Of a DNA stretch of 62,613 nt, positions 29,077-39,769 are shown one piece after another; the stretch's first letter is position 1, and each line of letters begins with the position of its first letter. The stretch spans positions 1-62,613 of the forward strand of contig JANMLV010000284.1 of assembly GCA_031372705.1 (NCBI GenBank). Reading direction: 5' to 3'. The notes beneath the pieces were generated by a model. The model ran no database searches. It was not told the DNA's origin and saw only the letters and a list, made by a program, of their open reading frames with translations. The stretch is from Bacteroidota bacterium (GTDB lineage: Bacteria > Bacteroidota > Bacteroidia > Chitinophagales > BACL12). The translations under genes and the position numbers were made by a program.

Positions 29077-29973
29077 ATGAATTTTTCCAACGATATTAAA
29101 TATCAGTTACAACACGGTAACACACTCATGAAGTTGTTACTGGTGAATGTATTACTTTTTTTAGTGCAGTCACTCGTATTGTTAATTGCTTTTTTCGGTG
29201 GATTTAAATCTGAATATATATCATTCCTGGCTAATTGGTTGTGGGCAAGTTCTGACATTAACACATTAGTTACCAGGCCGTGGACTATAGTAACTTACAT
29301 GTTTTTGCATAGTCCTGAAAGCATTTTTCACATTCTTTCGAATATGCTTTACCTGTATTTTTTCGGTCGCATTTTTGTTGATTTTTTTAATCACAAGAAA
29401 GCATATCCATTATATTTAACAGGAGGACTGGTTGGATTTTTAGCATCGTTATTAGCGTATAATTTAATTCCATCGTTAAACAATGAAATTGGTGTTACAC
29501 TGGTTGGTGCCTCGGCAGCGGTGATGGCCATAGTGTTGGCTACAGCTACGTTAGCGCCTGATTTTACCGTTTATTTGCTCATTGTTGGCCCCGTTAAATT
29601 GAAGTATATTGCTTTGTTCGTGGTAATTATTGATTTAATCAGTATTCCATCAACCCAAAATTTGGGCGGACATATTGCGCATCTTGGTGGTGCTTTAATA
29701 GGATATTTATATATTCGCAGTTATAAAAACGGTAAAGATTGGTTTTATTGGTGGCCGCGTTTTGAGGAAAAGGTGTACGGGTTATTTGAAAAAAGGAAGC
29801 CGAAAGTGGTTTACAGAAATCAGCATAATCCGGAACCGGCGAGTAAACGTGAAAACGACATCAATAAGCAACAAAAGTTAGATGCCATTTTAGATAAAAT
29901 AAAAATTGGCGGATACGAAAGTTTAAGTAAAGGAGAAAAAGAATTTTTATTTAAGATAAGCAATGAGAAATAA
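29077..29973 (+). CDS. Rhomboid protease with a C-terminal soluble domain (DUF6576-like)
   Basis: HILSN, GASA, AHLGG and C-terminal LDAILDKIKIGGYESLS motifs. Confidence 0.9.
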   Translation: MNFSNDIKYQLQHGNTLMKLLLVNVLLFLVQSLVLLIAFFGGFKSEYISFLANWLWASSDINTLVTRPWTIVTYMFLHSPESIFHILSNMLYLYFFGRIFVDFFNHKKAYPLYLTGGLVGFLASLLAYNLIPSLNNEIGVTLVGASAAVMAIVLATATLAPDFTVYLLIVGPVKLKYIALFVVIIDLISIPSTQNLGGHIAHLGGALIGYLYIRSYKNGKDWFYWWPRFEEKVYGLFEKRKPKVVYRNQHNPEPASKRENDINKQQKLDAILDKIKIGGYESLSKGEKEFLFKISNEK

Positions 29974-31068
29974 ATGAAGTGGTGGCATAAAATTATATTG
30001 TTTTTTACAATACTCACGTCTATCTTTTTGGCAGGTGCATATTTAGCTATGTATATTAGTCCGGAAAGTTTTTGGCCGGTTGCGTTTATTGGATTAGGTT
30101 ATTTCCCTATTCTTGTTGTTTATTTATGTTTCATGTTACTTTGGTTTTTCATGAGACGTAAAGTATTTTATTTCCTGCTTGTTTTTTTAATGATCGGATT
30201 CAAAGCGCATTTCAGTTATTTCTCATTCGGCACATTTGGAAAAGCGGATGTTGAGGGCAAAGAGGTTTATACCATAATGCAATACAACGTGCAAGGTTTT
30301 GATGCTTACAACAAAGAAGGAAAGTATAAAAATAGAGATGAAATAATTGCAAATATTGCAAAGGCAGAACCGGATATACTCTGCCTCGAAGAGTTTAACA
30401 CCTATCATAATCATCCAAAAGAAAAAAGCAATTTGGAGATGGTATTAAATGCCACGGGATTAAAGAATTACTACTATTTTAAAGCATACGAAAATACGCG
30501 CAGCACCAGAAGTTTTGGATTGGTTATTTTTTCGCGTTTTCCAATTATTGACACCGGAAGGTTAGATTATTTATCGCTGAGTAAATTGAATTCTACCATT
30601 TATGCTGATATTTTAATTAATAATGATACGGTAAGAGTTTATTGTTCACATTTGCAAAGCACACAGCTGAGTCATTATGACCTCGAATTTATTGAAGCCA
30701 GCAATGAAGCGGAAACTGATTTTGATGCCGATAGAGTTACCAATAAATTAAAAGGCAGTTATGCATTGCGCGCGCAAGAAGCCGATACCGTAGCTTTCCA
30801 TTTAAGTGAGGCTCCACATCCTGTAATTTCTTGCGGCGATTTTAATGATACACCTGTTTCTTATACCTACCGAAAAATGAGCGGCAATTTACAAGATGCA
30901 TTTCTTGAGCGCGGATTTGGCATCGGTGCTACCTACGCGCCGTTTCCGTTTATAAGAATTGACTACCAATTATTTGATGAGGACAAATTTACCATTGTTG
31001 ATTTTGATAGAATTAAGGAAGGCTCCAGCGATCACTATGGTTGCGTAACCGATTTTGTGGTTAATTAG
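29974..31068 (+). CDS. Endonuclease/exonuclease/phosphatase family protein
   Basis: YNV, LCLEE, CGDFNDTP, RIDY and SDH motifs; N-terminal TM helices. Confidence 0.9.
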   Translation: MKWWHKIILFFTILTSIFLAGAYLAMYISPESFWPVAFIGLGYFPILVVYLCFMLLWFFMRRKVFYFLLVFLMIGFKAHFSYFSFGTFGKADVEGKEVYTIMQYNVQGFDAYNKEGKYKNRDEIIANIAKAEPDILCLEEFNTYHNHPKEKSNLEMVLNATGLKNYYYFKAYENTRSTRSFGLVIFSRFPIIDTGRLDYLSLSKLNSTIYADILINNDTVRVYCSHLQSTQLSHYDLEFIEASNEAETDFDADRVTNKLKGSYALRAQEADTVAFHLSEAPHPVISCGDFNDTPVSYTYRKMSGNLQDAFLERGFGIGATYAPFPFIRIDYQLFDEDKFTIVDFDRIKEGSSDHYGCVTDFVVN

Positions 31069-31142
31069 TAAACTTCCGTGCTCGATTTGCAAAAAATGCC
31101 AATCTGCTATATCATTTTCCTTTTACCTGCTAACTTTACACC

Positions 31143-32645
31143 ATGGAACAGGAGTTATTTCATCAGAATACATTACAAGTTTACAACACCTTAAGTCGCC
31201 AAAAGGAAAAATTTGAACCTTTACATGCCCCTTTTGTGGGGATGTACGCTTGCGGCCCAACTGTTTATAATGAACCACACCTTGGTAATTGCCGCAGTTT
31301 TGTAATGTACGATCTTATGTTCCGATACATGTTGCATTTGGGATATAAAGTGCGCTATGTGCGCAATATTACTGATGCCGGTCACGTAGAAAGCACCAGT
31401 GGCGAAACAGGCGACAGAATTAGCAAGCAAGCTAAAATTGAAATGGTAGAACCGATGGAGATTGTGCAGAAATATTCTGTGAAATTTCATCGGATTATGG
31501 AAACATTAAATTGCTTGCCACCAAGTATAGAACCTACTGCAACGGGACATATTATTGAACAAATTGAAATGACCAAAAAAATAATGGCAAACGGTTTCGC
31601 TTATGAAGCTGATGAAGCCATTTATTTTGATGTAGATAAATTTGCTCAAACGTATCCTTATACAAAATTGAGCGGTAGAAATTTAGACGATCAATTAAAT
31701 AATACTCGCGATTTAGGCGGACAAGAAAGTAAACGAGGCAGATTGGATTTTGCATTAATGATTAAAGCAAAGCCTGATCATATTATGCGTTGGCCTTCTC
31801 CGTGGGGAGATGTTTACCCGGGTTGGCATATTGAATGTTCTGCAATGAGTGAAAAATATCTTGGAAAAACATTTGATATACATTGCGGTGGAATGGATTT
31901 AATTCCGACACATCACACCAATGAAATTGCTCAATGTGTAGCATGTAATCATGTTGACCCTGTTAAATATTGGTTACATCCGAATATGCTTACAGTCAAC
32001 GGACAAAAAATGAGTAAAAGTCTTGGCAATTCGTTTTTACCCGCCGAATTATTTGATGGCTCACACCCATTATTAGACCAGGGCTATTCGCCTATGACGG
32101 TGCGCTTTTCGATGTTGCAAGCGCATTACCGCAGTACACTCGATTTTAGCAATGATGCACTTAAAGCTGCCGAAAAAGGATATAGGCGTTTGATGAATGC
32201 AAAAGCATTGTTAAATACAATTACAGTTTCCGGAACAATTAATCATGATGATGAAGCTGCAGTAAATAAAGTATTGCTTGCCACTTATGAAGCAATGAAT
32301 AACGATTTTAATTCTGCCCAAGCAATTGCTGAATTAAATGAAGCGGCAACAATAATTAATACTTGGAACAGTCTGCAAAATAAACAAGCTAATATCCAAC
32401 AACATACATTCGACCGCTTAAAAAATTTATTACAACATTTCTTAATTGATATTTTCGGATTAATGGAAGAATCTGAAAACAACAATGAGAAATTAAATGG
32501 TGTTATGGATTTGGTAATCGACATTAGAAAAGATGCGCGCACTAAAAAAGATTTCGCTATTAGCGATAAAATTCGCGATGCACTTCAAGGTGTCGGCATA
32601 CAATTAAAAGACAGTAAAGACGGCACAACCTGGCAATCTGAATAA
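31143..32645 (+). CDS. cysS: Cysteine-tRNA ligase
   Basis: YACGPTVY, HLGN, PGWHIECSAM and KMSKS motifs. Confidence 0.97.
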   Translation: MEQELFHQNTLQVYNTLSRQKEKFEPLHAPFVGMYACGPTVYNEPHLGNCRSFVMYDLMFRYMLHLGYKVRYVRNITDAGHVESTSGETGDRISKQAKIEMVEPMEIVQKYSVKFHRIMETLNCLPPSIEPTATGHIIEQIEMTKKIMANGFAYEADEAIYFDVDKFAQTYPYTKLSGRNLDDQLNNTRDLGGQESKRGRLDFALMIKAKPDHIMRWPSPWGDVYPGWHIECSAMSEKYLGKTFDIHCGGMDLIPTHHTNEIAQCVACNHVDPVKYWLHPNMLTVNGQKMSKSLGNSFLPAELFDGSHPLLDQGYSPMTVRFSMLQAHYRSTLDFSNDALKAAEKGYRRLMNAKALLNTITVSGTINHDDEAAVNKVLLATYEAMNNDFNSAQAIAELNEAATIINTWNSLQNKQANIQQHTFDRLKNLLQHFLIDIFGLMEESENNNEKLNGVMDLVIDIRKDARTKKDFAISDKIRDALQGVGIQLKDSKDGTTWQSE

Positions 32646-32656
32646 ATACATTTATT

Positions 32657-32684
32657 CGCTGCCGAATCTTCAGATTCGGCAGCG
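32657..32684. terminator. Perfect 12-bp hairpin between convergent genes (bidirectional terminator or REP)
   Basis: CGCTGCCGAATC-ttca-GATTCGGCAGCG; a related sequence lies at about 22982-23005. Confidence 0.7.
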
Positions 32685-32689
32685 TTATT

Positions 32690-34882
32690 TTATCTAATTA
32701 ATGTTACGTTTCCTTTAAGCTGAACAATTCTGCCGGTAATTAATTGCACTTGTGCTGTGTAGGCATATACACCTTGGTTTACAGGTTCGTTTTTATAAGT
32801 TCCATTCCATGTTGAATTAATGTCGGTAGGTGCTGTGTCATTTACAATAAAAATGCGTTCACCCCATCTGTCAAAAATCATTAATGATTTAATTAATGCT
32901 ATTCCCGGACCTAATATTGTAAAGCCATCATTTATGCCATCGCCATTTGGCGTAAAAGTATTTGGAACAAAAATATTTTCATTAGAAATCATTACTGTTA
33001 AAGTAACGCTATCCGCAGCAAAACCATTAGCATCTATTGAAAATAATGTATAGGTTATAGTTGTATCAGTATCTGAAAATGTTGTAGAGCAATCAATACA
33101 AGTTAATCCGAATGGCGGCGACCATGTATAACTGCCACCAGTGCTGCCATTAAGCTCAGCAACGCCGGAATCGAAAATTGTTGTATCGCTGCCTGCGTTT
33201 GCAAAGTTTTGTGAAACGGTTATTGAAGAGGACTCCGTTATAACACAACCATTTACATCAATTATGCTATAATTAATAATATACGGTCCACCAACTCCAA
33301 CAGCTATAGGATCGAATGTTGTTCCGGTTACACCACTTCCTGAAAACACACCTCCTATAGGCGACGCAGATAATACTATTGGCGCAGATTCAAAGCAAAT
33401 ATTTGTTGGTATATCAAATGTAATATCCGTTATAGGGAAATTATTTAGTATGAAACTAATTACACTATCACAACCTGCAATTGTTGTTAAATTGTAATTA
33501 TAAATGCCGGGTGTCGATGATGTACTTCCATCGGGTAACAAAACAATTTCGTTTGTGCAAACGGTAGTATCAATTATGGTTAAATAGGTTGGATTCAATA
33601 ATAAATTAGTGGTTATAATACTATCGCAACCTGCAACTGTAGTGAACGTAGATATGTATACGCCTGCAGTTGTTACAATACTGCCATCCGGTAAAGTGTA
33701 ATTATCGCCATCGCAAATTGCAGCATTTATTGTTGTTGAATAAGTGGTTGCAATACCAAGGTTCACAGTAATAATGCTATCGCATCCTGCTATTGTAATT
33801 AAATTAAAAACATAAGTACCTGCAATTGTTGTTGAACTGCCATCCGGTAAAATATATGTTAACCCATCGCAAATAGCATCATTAATTATTATATTGTAAA
33901 TGGGTAACAAGGTTAAATTGGTAATTACAACACTATCATCTCCGCCAACCCCAATTAAGGTTACTTCATATTCTCCCGCAGCGGTTACAATTGTTCCATC
34001 GGGCAGTGTGTAGGAGTCGCCGGTGCAAATAGCAGTGTCTATTGTTGCAGCGCATGGTTCAATAACAATTGTGTCGGTTAATAAATAGGAGCCCGGGTCG
34101 TAATGACAATAATCGGCAACCGTAAATGAATAAATTCCCGGTGCATCAATTGTAACAGTATATCCAACATCGCCGGTACTCCATTCAGGATCGCCCCAAA
34201 CTACTCCATAAAAGGAAATATCTAAGATTATTTCAGCATCACATAATAATGTTGTGTCCGGTAAAAAATTGTATTCAGCACCGCCAACATAAATCGGATT
34301 TGGGTCAGTAACAGGGTCTTCAAAGCAGCAGTTCCCTCCATCACTAACCTGAAAAGTGCCACCGGGGAAACCACTATAATCTGTCCAATGCGCATAAAAA
34401 TTTGAACCGGGGCCAAACTCAGCAATAAAAAATTGAACAATTTGAGGCGATGAATTGCCGCCTCCCAATGCTGTTTCGCCGCAACCCTCGGCTCCTGCCA
34501 TGCAATTTACAATTGGAGGTAAACCCGGAAAAAGTTCATCGCCTAAGTAATTAGTTATGGCAATATTATCGGTAGTAGTTGAGTAAACCGTAACTATGGC
34601 AGGGTCCACGCCACTGATGTCTGACGGGGCTTCAAAGCCTGCAAATATCACTTCAGTAATGTTTCCCGCGAAAATACCCGTAATATTTACATCTACAATT
34701 TCGTAAGTGCAAATGCCAATTTTAAGGTTCGGAATATCAACATCTACATCAATATTTAAAGTGCCACCTTCATAATTGGAGTAAATCATCACATTGCCTG
34801 TCGCATCGCAAATGGTTTGTGTTCGCACCTGTAAGGGGTTCATTATTAAAAGCGTCAGAATTGCGACTGTTAAAGCTCTCAT
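32690..34882 (-). CDS. T9SS type B (gliding-motility C-terminal domain) secreted protein with four LPDG..GCDS repeats
   Basis: Signal peptide; C-terminal VPNTFTPNGDGIND..IFDRWG..GVYAY..GNVTLIR. Confidence 0.88.
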   Translation of the reverse strand: MRALTVAILTLLIMNPLQVRTQTICDATGNVMIYSNYEGGTLNIDVDVDIPNLKIGICTYEIVDVNITGIFAGNITEVIFAGFEAPSDISGVDPAIVTVYSTTTDNIAITNYLGDELFPGLPPIVNCMAGAEGCGETALGGGNSSPQIVQFFIAEFGPGSNFYAHWTDYSGFPGGTFQVSDGGNCCFEDPVTDPNPIYVGGAEYNFLPDTTLLCDAEIILDISFYGVVWGDPEWSTGDVGYTVTIDAPGIYSFTVADYCHYDPGSYLLTDTIVIEPCAATIDTAICTGDSYTLPDGTIVTAAGEYEVTLIGVGGDDSVVITNLTLLPIYNIIINDAICDGLTYILPDGSSTTIAGTYVFNLITIAGCDSIITVNLGIATTYSTTINAAICDGDNYTLPDGSIVTTAGVYISTFTTVAGCDSIITTNLLLNPTYLTIIDTTVCTNEIVLLPDGSTSSTPGIYNYNLTTIAGCDSVISFILNNFPITDITFDIPTNICFESAPIVLSASPIGGVFSGSGVTGTTFDPIAVGVGGPYIINYSIIDVNGCVITESSSITVSQNFANAGSDTTIFDSGVAELNGSTGGSYTWSPPFGLTCIDCSTTFSDTDTTITYTLFSIDANGFAADSVTLTVMISNENIFVPNTFTPNGDGINDGFTILGPGIALIKSLMIFDRWGERIFIVNDTAPTDINSTWNGTYKNEPVNQGVYAYTAQVQLITGRIVQLKGNVTLIR

Positions 34883-35006
34883 TTTAACTAAACCATAAAA
34901 ATAGTGTGATTGTTTTAAACTAACGTTAATAAATTAAAAATATACCTTATTCCAACTATCAACTCTTCCGCATCGGGAAAGCCGTGTAGGTGAGACAAAA
35001 AATAGT

Positions 35007-35822
35007 ATGTTTGTTGTAAATTATGGTAATAACGTTATGGTGAACCGCTTTGGTGATATTGCAAATACGTATGATTTGGAATTTACCGAATCGCCAATTG
35101 GTAAGGCGCAACGCGATGTTGTGTGGCGAACGTTGCATAAGCAGTTGGGGGAAAAATCACTCAATATTCTGGAAACAAATTGCGGAACAGGCGAAGATGC
35201 TTTGTTTTTATTGCAAAGAGGTCATCATGTTACGCTAAGCGATAGTGCAAAGCCAATGTTGCAAATTGCCGAGCAAAAATTAAATGCAACTGAGCAAAAA
35301 CAATTTTCGGTGCTGCAATGGGATTTACGTGAAACATTTCCGATTACCGGAAAATCATACGACTTAATTTTTTCAAATTTTGGTGGATGGAATTGTTTAG
35401 ATGCATTGGAAATACTTAAACTTTCTGTAAAATGTAATGCTATTTTAAATCCGGGAGGTCGCGTTATTGCTGTTATTATGGGTCGCAAGTGTATTTGGGA
35501 GAGATGGTATTTTAAGCGAAAGGGCAATATTGAGGCAAGCAAACGCAGGCAATCGGAAGGCCCTGTAATTGCTGCACTTGGTAATAATTCGTTTGTGGAA
35601 ACTTGGTATTATAGTCCGAGTGAAATTGAAGCATTATTTCCCGATTTTAAGGTTACTATGAAAAAGCCGGTTGGTTTATTTATTCCGCCATCTTACCTCA
35701 ACCCATTTTTTAGGAATAAAAAATGGTTGCTGACCACTTTAGTTATTTTAGAAATAATTTTTGGCCTCGCAAATTTTAGCAACTATGCCGATCATTACAT
35801 GATTGCATTGGAGAAGCGGTAA
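35007..35822 (+). CDS. Class I SAM-dependent methyltransferase
   Basis: LETNCGTGED motif I, DS.KPML and DLIFSNFGG; alternative start at 35037. Confidence 0.88.
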   Translation: MFVVNYGNNVMVNRFGDIANTYDLEFTESPIGKAQRDVVWRTLHKQLGEKSLNILETNCGTGEDALFLLQRGHHVTLSDSAKPMLQIAEQKLNATEQKQFSVLQWDLRETFPITGKSYDLIFSNFGGWNCLDALEILKLSVKCNAILNPGGRVIAVIMGRKCIWERWYFKRKGNIEASKRRQSEGPVIAALGNNSFVETWYYSPSEIEALFPDFKVTMKKPVGLFIPPSYLNPFFRNKKWLLTTLVILEIIFGLANFSNYADHYMIALEKR

Positions 35823-35854
35823 TTGAATGGTATTTTTGTAATCAATCAGGCATA

Positions 35855-37225
35855 TTGAAGGTATTACTTACACACGGTTATTTTATTGCTGATGATCCAA
35901 AGGAGCAGCTCATCATGAAGCCGTATGTGCCATTGGGTATTTTGTATATATCAACTTTTCTGGAGCAAAATGATGTAATACACGAAGTTTTCGATAGCAC
36001 ATTTAGTAATAAACAGGCTCAAATTAATTTTATTGAAAAATATCAACCTGATTATATTGGGATATATGTCAACTTAATGACTAAGGTTAATGTGTTGCAA
36101 ATTATTACAGCAATAAAATTAAATCATCATCTTAAGCATATTCCAATAATTTTGGGCGGACCTGAAGTGCGGAATCACGTTGAAAATTTATTGCAACATG
36201 GTGCTGATTACATTGTTTTGGGTGAAGGAGAAATTAGCTTTTATGAAGTAGTTAATGCATTGCATTACCATGCTGATATGTTTATGGTAAAAGGAATTTG
36301 CTATAAGAATGAGCACGGTGAAATTATTCAAACAGGCGAGCGAGAAAAAATAAAAGATTTAGATACACTCGGATTTCCAAATAGAAAGAAAGTTAATTTA
36401 CAATTATATTTGGATGCATGGAAAAAGCATCATGGAAAAAATGCGATTTCCATTTCAACTATGCGCGGATGCCCTTACACTTGCAAATGGTGCAGTCGCG
36501 CTGTGTATGGCCTAAGCTACCGGCGAAGAAGTCCGGAAAAAGTGTTGGAAGAAATGATACATATTAAACAAACCGATAATCCTGATACACTTTGGTTTGT
36601 AGATGATGTTTTTACAGTGAGTCATAAGTGGATGGAAACATTTGCGGAATTAGTGCAAGCCAGTGGTTTAATTATGCCATTTGAATGTATTACGAGAGCC
36701 GATAGATTAAATGAAGAGGTTTTAGGGTTTCTCCAAAAAAGCGGATGCTTCAGGGTTTGGATTGGCGCAGAAAGCGGTTCCCAAAAAATAATTGATGCAA
36801 TGGATCGTCGCGTTGATGTGGAACAAGTGAGAAGCATGATTCAATTAGCAAAACAATTTAACATCGAAACAGGCACATTTATTATGCTCGGTTATCCCGG
36901 TGAAGATGAAAGTGATATTGAAGAAACTATACATCATTTAAAAACATCTAACCCCGATTATTTTACAATTACAGTGGCATATCCGATAAAAGGTACGGCA
37001 TTGTATGAAGAAGTTGAGTCAAATTTTACTACTCATTTAAATTGGTCTGATAGCAGCGACAGAGAAATTAAGTTTAAGCGCACATACCCTGAAAGGTATT
37101 ACCGTTTTGCCGTCAGCAGAGTAGTGAATGAAGTTAATTATTACAAGCATGCACAAATAAAATACAAAGTAAAGTCACTACTTGCTAAATCTGCAATGTG
37201 GGTAAGCCGAACATTATTATCATGA
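35855..37225 (+). CDS. Cobalamin-binding radical SAM protein (1 of 3)
   Basis: N-terminal B12-binding-type domain (PYVPLGILY, ILGGPE, DYIVLGEGE) followed by RGCPYTCKWC (CxxxCxxC); TTG start. Confidence 0.92.
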   Translation: MKVLLTHGYFIADDPKEQLIMKPYVPLGILYISTFLEQNDVIHEVFDSTFSNKQAQINFIEKYQPDYIGIYVNLMTKVNVLQIITAIKLNHHLKHIPIILGGPEVRNHVENLLQHGADYIVLGEGEISFYEVVNALHYHADMFMVKGICYKNEHGEIIQTGEREKIKDLDTLGFPNRKKVNLQLYLDAWKKHHGKNAISISTMRGCPYTCKWCSRAVYGLSYRRRSPEKVLEEMIHIKQTDNPDTLWFVDDVFTVSHKWMETFAELVQASGLIMPFECITRADRLNEEVLGFLQKSGCFRVWIGAESGSQKIIDAMDRRVDVEQVRSMIQLAKQFNIETGTFIMLGYPGEDESDIEETIHHLKTSNPDYFTITVAYPIKGTALYEEVESNFTTHLNWSDSSDREIKFKRTYPERYYRFAVSRVVNEVNYYKHAQIKYKVKSLLAKSAMWVSRTLLS

Positions 37226-38265
37226 CAAATAAGGTATTGATATTAACACCCGGGTTTCCTGAAAATGAACAGGACACAGCTTGTGTGCCTTATTTGCAAG
37301 ATTATGTTTTTGCATTGGCTGATGAAATCGGCAAAGAAAATATTAAAATAATTGCAATACAATATCCATTTACACGAAAAGCATATACGTGGAATGGCAT
37401 TTCCGTTTTTCCTAGTGGCGGAAATAATAAAAAATCATTTGCTTACTATTTCACATTAAGAAGAACAAATAAAAAAATAGCACAATTATTTAAGCAAGAT
37501 AAATTTGTGATACATGCCTTTTGGATGGGTGAAGCTGCATTTATTGGTCGCTATGCAGCCAAAAAACATGCAACTCGTTTTATCGTTACTTTTATGGGGC
37601 AAGATGTAAAGCTCGGCAATCGCGCAATGCGTTATGTTGATCACAGTGCTACCCATTTTGTGGTATTAAGTAAATATCAGGATACAATACTACAATCTAA
37701 CTATGGATTTAATGCAGATGCCATTATTCCATTTCCCATTCCGGAAATTTATGTTGAGTCTGATTTATTCAGAGATATTGATTTGTTGTTTGTAGGCTCG
37801 CTAATTAAAGTAAAACAACCTGAACAATTTGTAGATATTGTAGCTGCTATTGCTAAAATATATCCAAACATTAAAGCTGTAATTGCAGGTGATGGTGTAG
37901 ATAGACCAAAGGTGTTGAAACACATTGAGGACCTTAATTTAACATCAAATATTAAATTTGTGGGTCAAAAATCGCGTCTTGAAATATTTGATTTAATGGC
38001 ACATTCAAAAATTTTGGTGCACACATCAGCTTTTGAAGGTCAGTGCCTGGTTTACGCCGAAGCGTTAGCAAATGGCATGCACGTAGTAAGTTATGAAGTT
38101 GGACGCATAGAAAATACGGAGCGTCACCAAGTTGGAATTAATGAGGTGCAATTAACACAACATGTAATAAATTTGCTGCAAACAAATTTAAGTTTTACTA
38201 AATTTCAATCTATTTCAACTAGTGAAATTGTTGAAGCATATCAAAAAATATATAACGGCGAATGA
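37222..38265 (+). CDS. GT4-family (GT-B fold) glycosyltransferase
   Basis: LFVGSLIKVKQP, IAGDG, FEGQCLVYAEALANG; start overlaps the upstream stop (ATGA). Confidence 0.85.
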   Translation: MTNKVLILTPGFPENEQDTACVPYLQDYVFALADEIGKENIKIIAIQYPFTRKAYTWNGISVFPSGGNNKKSFAYYFTLRRTNKKIAQLFKQDKFVIHAFWMGEAAFIGRYAAKKHATRFIVTFMGQDVKLGNRAMRYVDHSATHFVVLSKYQDTILQSNYGFNADAIIPFPIPEIYVESDLFRDIDLLFVGSLIKVKQPEQFVDIVAAIAKIYPNIKAVIAGDGVDRPKVLKHIEDLNLTSNIKFVGQKSRLEIFDLMAHSKILVHTSAFEGQCLVYAEALANGMHVVSYEVGRIENTERHQVGINEVQLTQHVINLLQTNLSFTKFQSISTSEIVEAYQKIYNGE

Positions 38266-39767
38266 GTAATGGTGTAATAATATTTAACCCAAGGGCTGCG
38301 AATTATAAGCCAAGAATTCCGAATTCAATTTTGTCGGTAGCGGCTTCAATTGATGGGTTATATGCTTATTCATTTGTTGATGGTAATTTGGAATCAGATC
38401 CAACGATGCAAATTTGTTCGCTGCTAGACTCGGGTAATTATAAATATTTTGCACTTTCGGTAATGCCCGGACCGCAATTAAAGCAGGCAATTCCGATTTC
38501 TAAATTGATTAAATCGCGTTATCCTGATGTAATTATTATTTGGGGAGGGTATTTTGCGAGTAACCAGAGTGGTGTAGTAATGGATTCCGGATATGTAGAT
38601 TATATAGTTTATGGACCGGGCGACAAAGCGTTTCCCGGTTTGTTAAATATGCTGGAACAGCAAGGTCCTTTGCACATGGTTCCTAATTTAATTTGGAAGG
38701 AGAATGGTAAAGTAATTAAAAATCATAAAGATGAATTATACGAACAAGACACATTGCCCGATTTGCCCTATACTGAATTAAACAGGCAATACCCTATAAA
38801 TAAATACTTGGGGAAAACATATCTCGGCACAAAAACAATCGCTTACCATAGTAGTATCGGTTGTCCGTTTACTTGCGCATTTTGCGGAATAGTACCTATT
38901 TATAATGCACGATGGAAAGGTAAATCGGCTGAATTAATTTATAAAGATATTCGCCATTTAAAAGATACCTACGGCGGAAATGCCATTGAATTTCATGATA
39001 ACAATTTCTTTGTTTCTGAAAAAAGAACTGTAGCTTTTGCGAATTTAATTATGAACGACAACATGAGTTGGTGGGGCGAGGGTAGGATTGATACGCTTGA
39101 TAAATATAGCGATGAAAGTTTGCAATTGATACATAAAGCAGGTTGTAAAATGATATTTTTTGGTGCCGAAACGGGTAATGATAAAATCCTAAAAATGATG
39201 GATAAGGGTGGCACCCAAACCGGCGAACAAATAAAAAAATTTGCTGCCAGGATGCATCGCATTGGCATTGTGCCTGAATATTCGTTTGTACTAGGCACAC
39301 CGGGTTCAGGCGAAGAGGAAACCAATAGACAAATTGATGAGGATATCAATTTTATTCGCGAAATAAAGACTATTAATCCCGAAACCGAGATTATTATTTA
39401 TGTATATTCTCCGGTTCCCACTGAAGGAAGTGAATTGTTTAATGCAGTTAAAAATTCGGGATTCCATTTTCCGGAAAAATTAGAAGATTGGATTTCACCA
39501 CAATGGGAATATTTTGATTTGAGGAAAAATCCATTAACACCTTGGCTTAAACCATATATGATTGATAAAATTAAAAACTTTGAAACAGTATTAAACGGAT
39601 ATTACCCAACAGTGAGCGATATAAAACTAACTCCTTCCCGCAAAAAAATAATTTCCGGAATAGCAGCGTTGCGTTATCATACCAAAGTTTATAGCTTCCC
39701 TTATGAAATAAAAGCGCTACAAAAGTATTGGCTCCATTATCGTCAACCTGAAATTGAAGGCTTTTAA
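38262..39767 (+). CDS. Cobalamin-binding radical SAM protein (2 of 3)
   Basis: IWGGYFA, DYIVYGPGD, SSIGCPFTCAFC, FHDNNF and FGAETG; ATGA overlap. Confidence 0.92.
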   Translation: MSNGVIIFNPRAANYKPRIPNSILSVAASIDGLYAYSFVDGNLESDPTMQICSLLDSGNYKYFALSVMPGPQLKQAIPISKLIKSRYPDVIIIWGGYFASNQSGVVMDSGYVDYIVYGPGDKAFPGLLNMLEQQGPLHMVPNLIWKENGKVIKNHKDELYEQDTLPDLPYTELNRQYPINKYLGKTYLGTKTIAYHSSIGCPFTCAFCGIVPIYNARWKGKSAELIYKDIRHLKDTYGGNAIEFHDNNFFVSEKRTVAFANLIMNDNMSWWGEGRIDTLDKYSDESLQLIHKAGCKMIFFGAETGNDKILKMMDKGGTQTGEQIKKFAARMHRIGIVPEYSFVLGTPGSGEEETNRQIDEDINFIREIKTINPETEIIIYVYSPVPTEGSELFNAVKNSGFHFPEKLEDWISPQWEYFDLRKNPLTPWLKPYMIDKIKNFETVLNGYYPTVSDIKLTPSRKKIISGIAALRYHTKVYSFPYEIKALQKYWLHYRQPEIEGF

Positions 39768-39769
39768 TT

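Noticed and set aside
34883-35036. Possible cobalamin riboswitch upstream of the B12-dependent operon
   Set aside because: Only a short GGGAAAGCCG stretch is present; the conserved B12-box elements and the length needed for the fold are missing.
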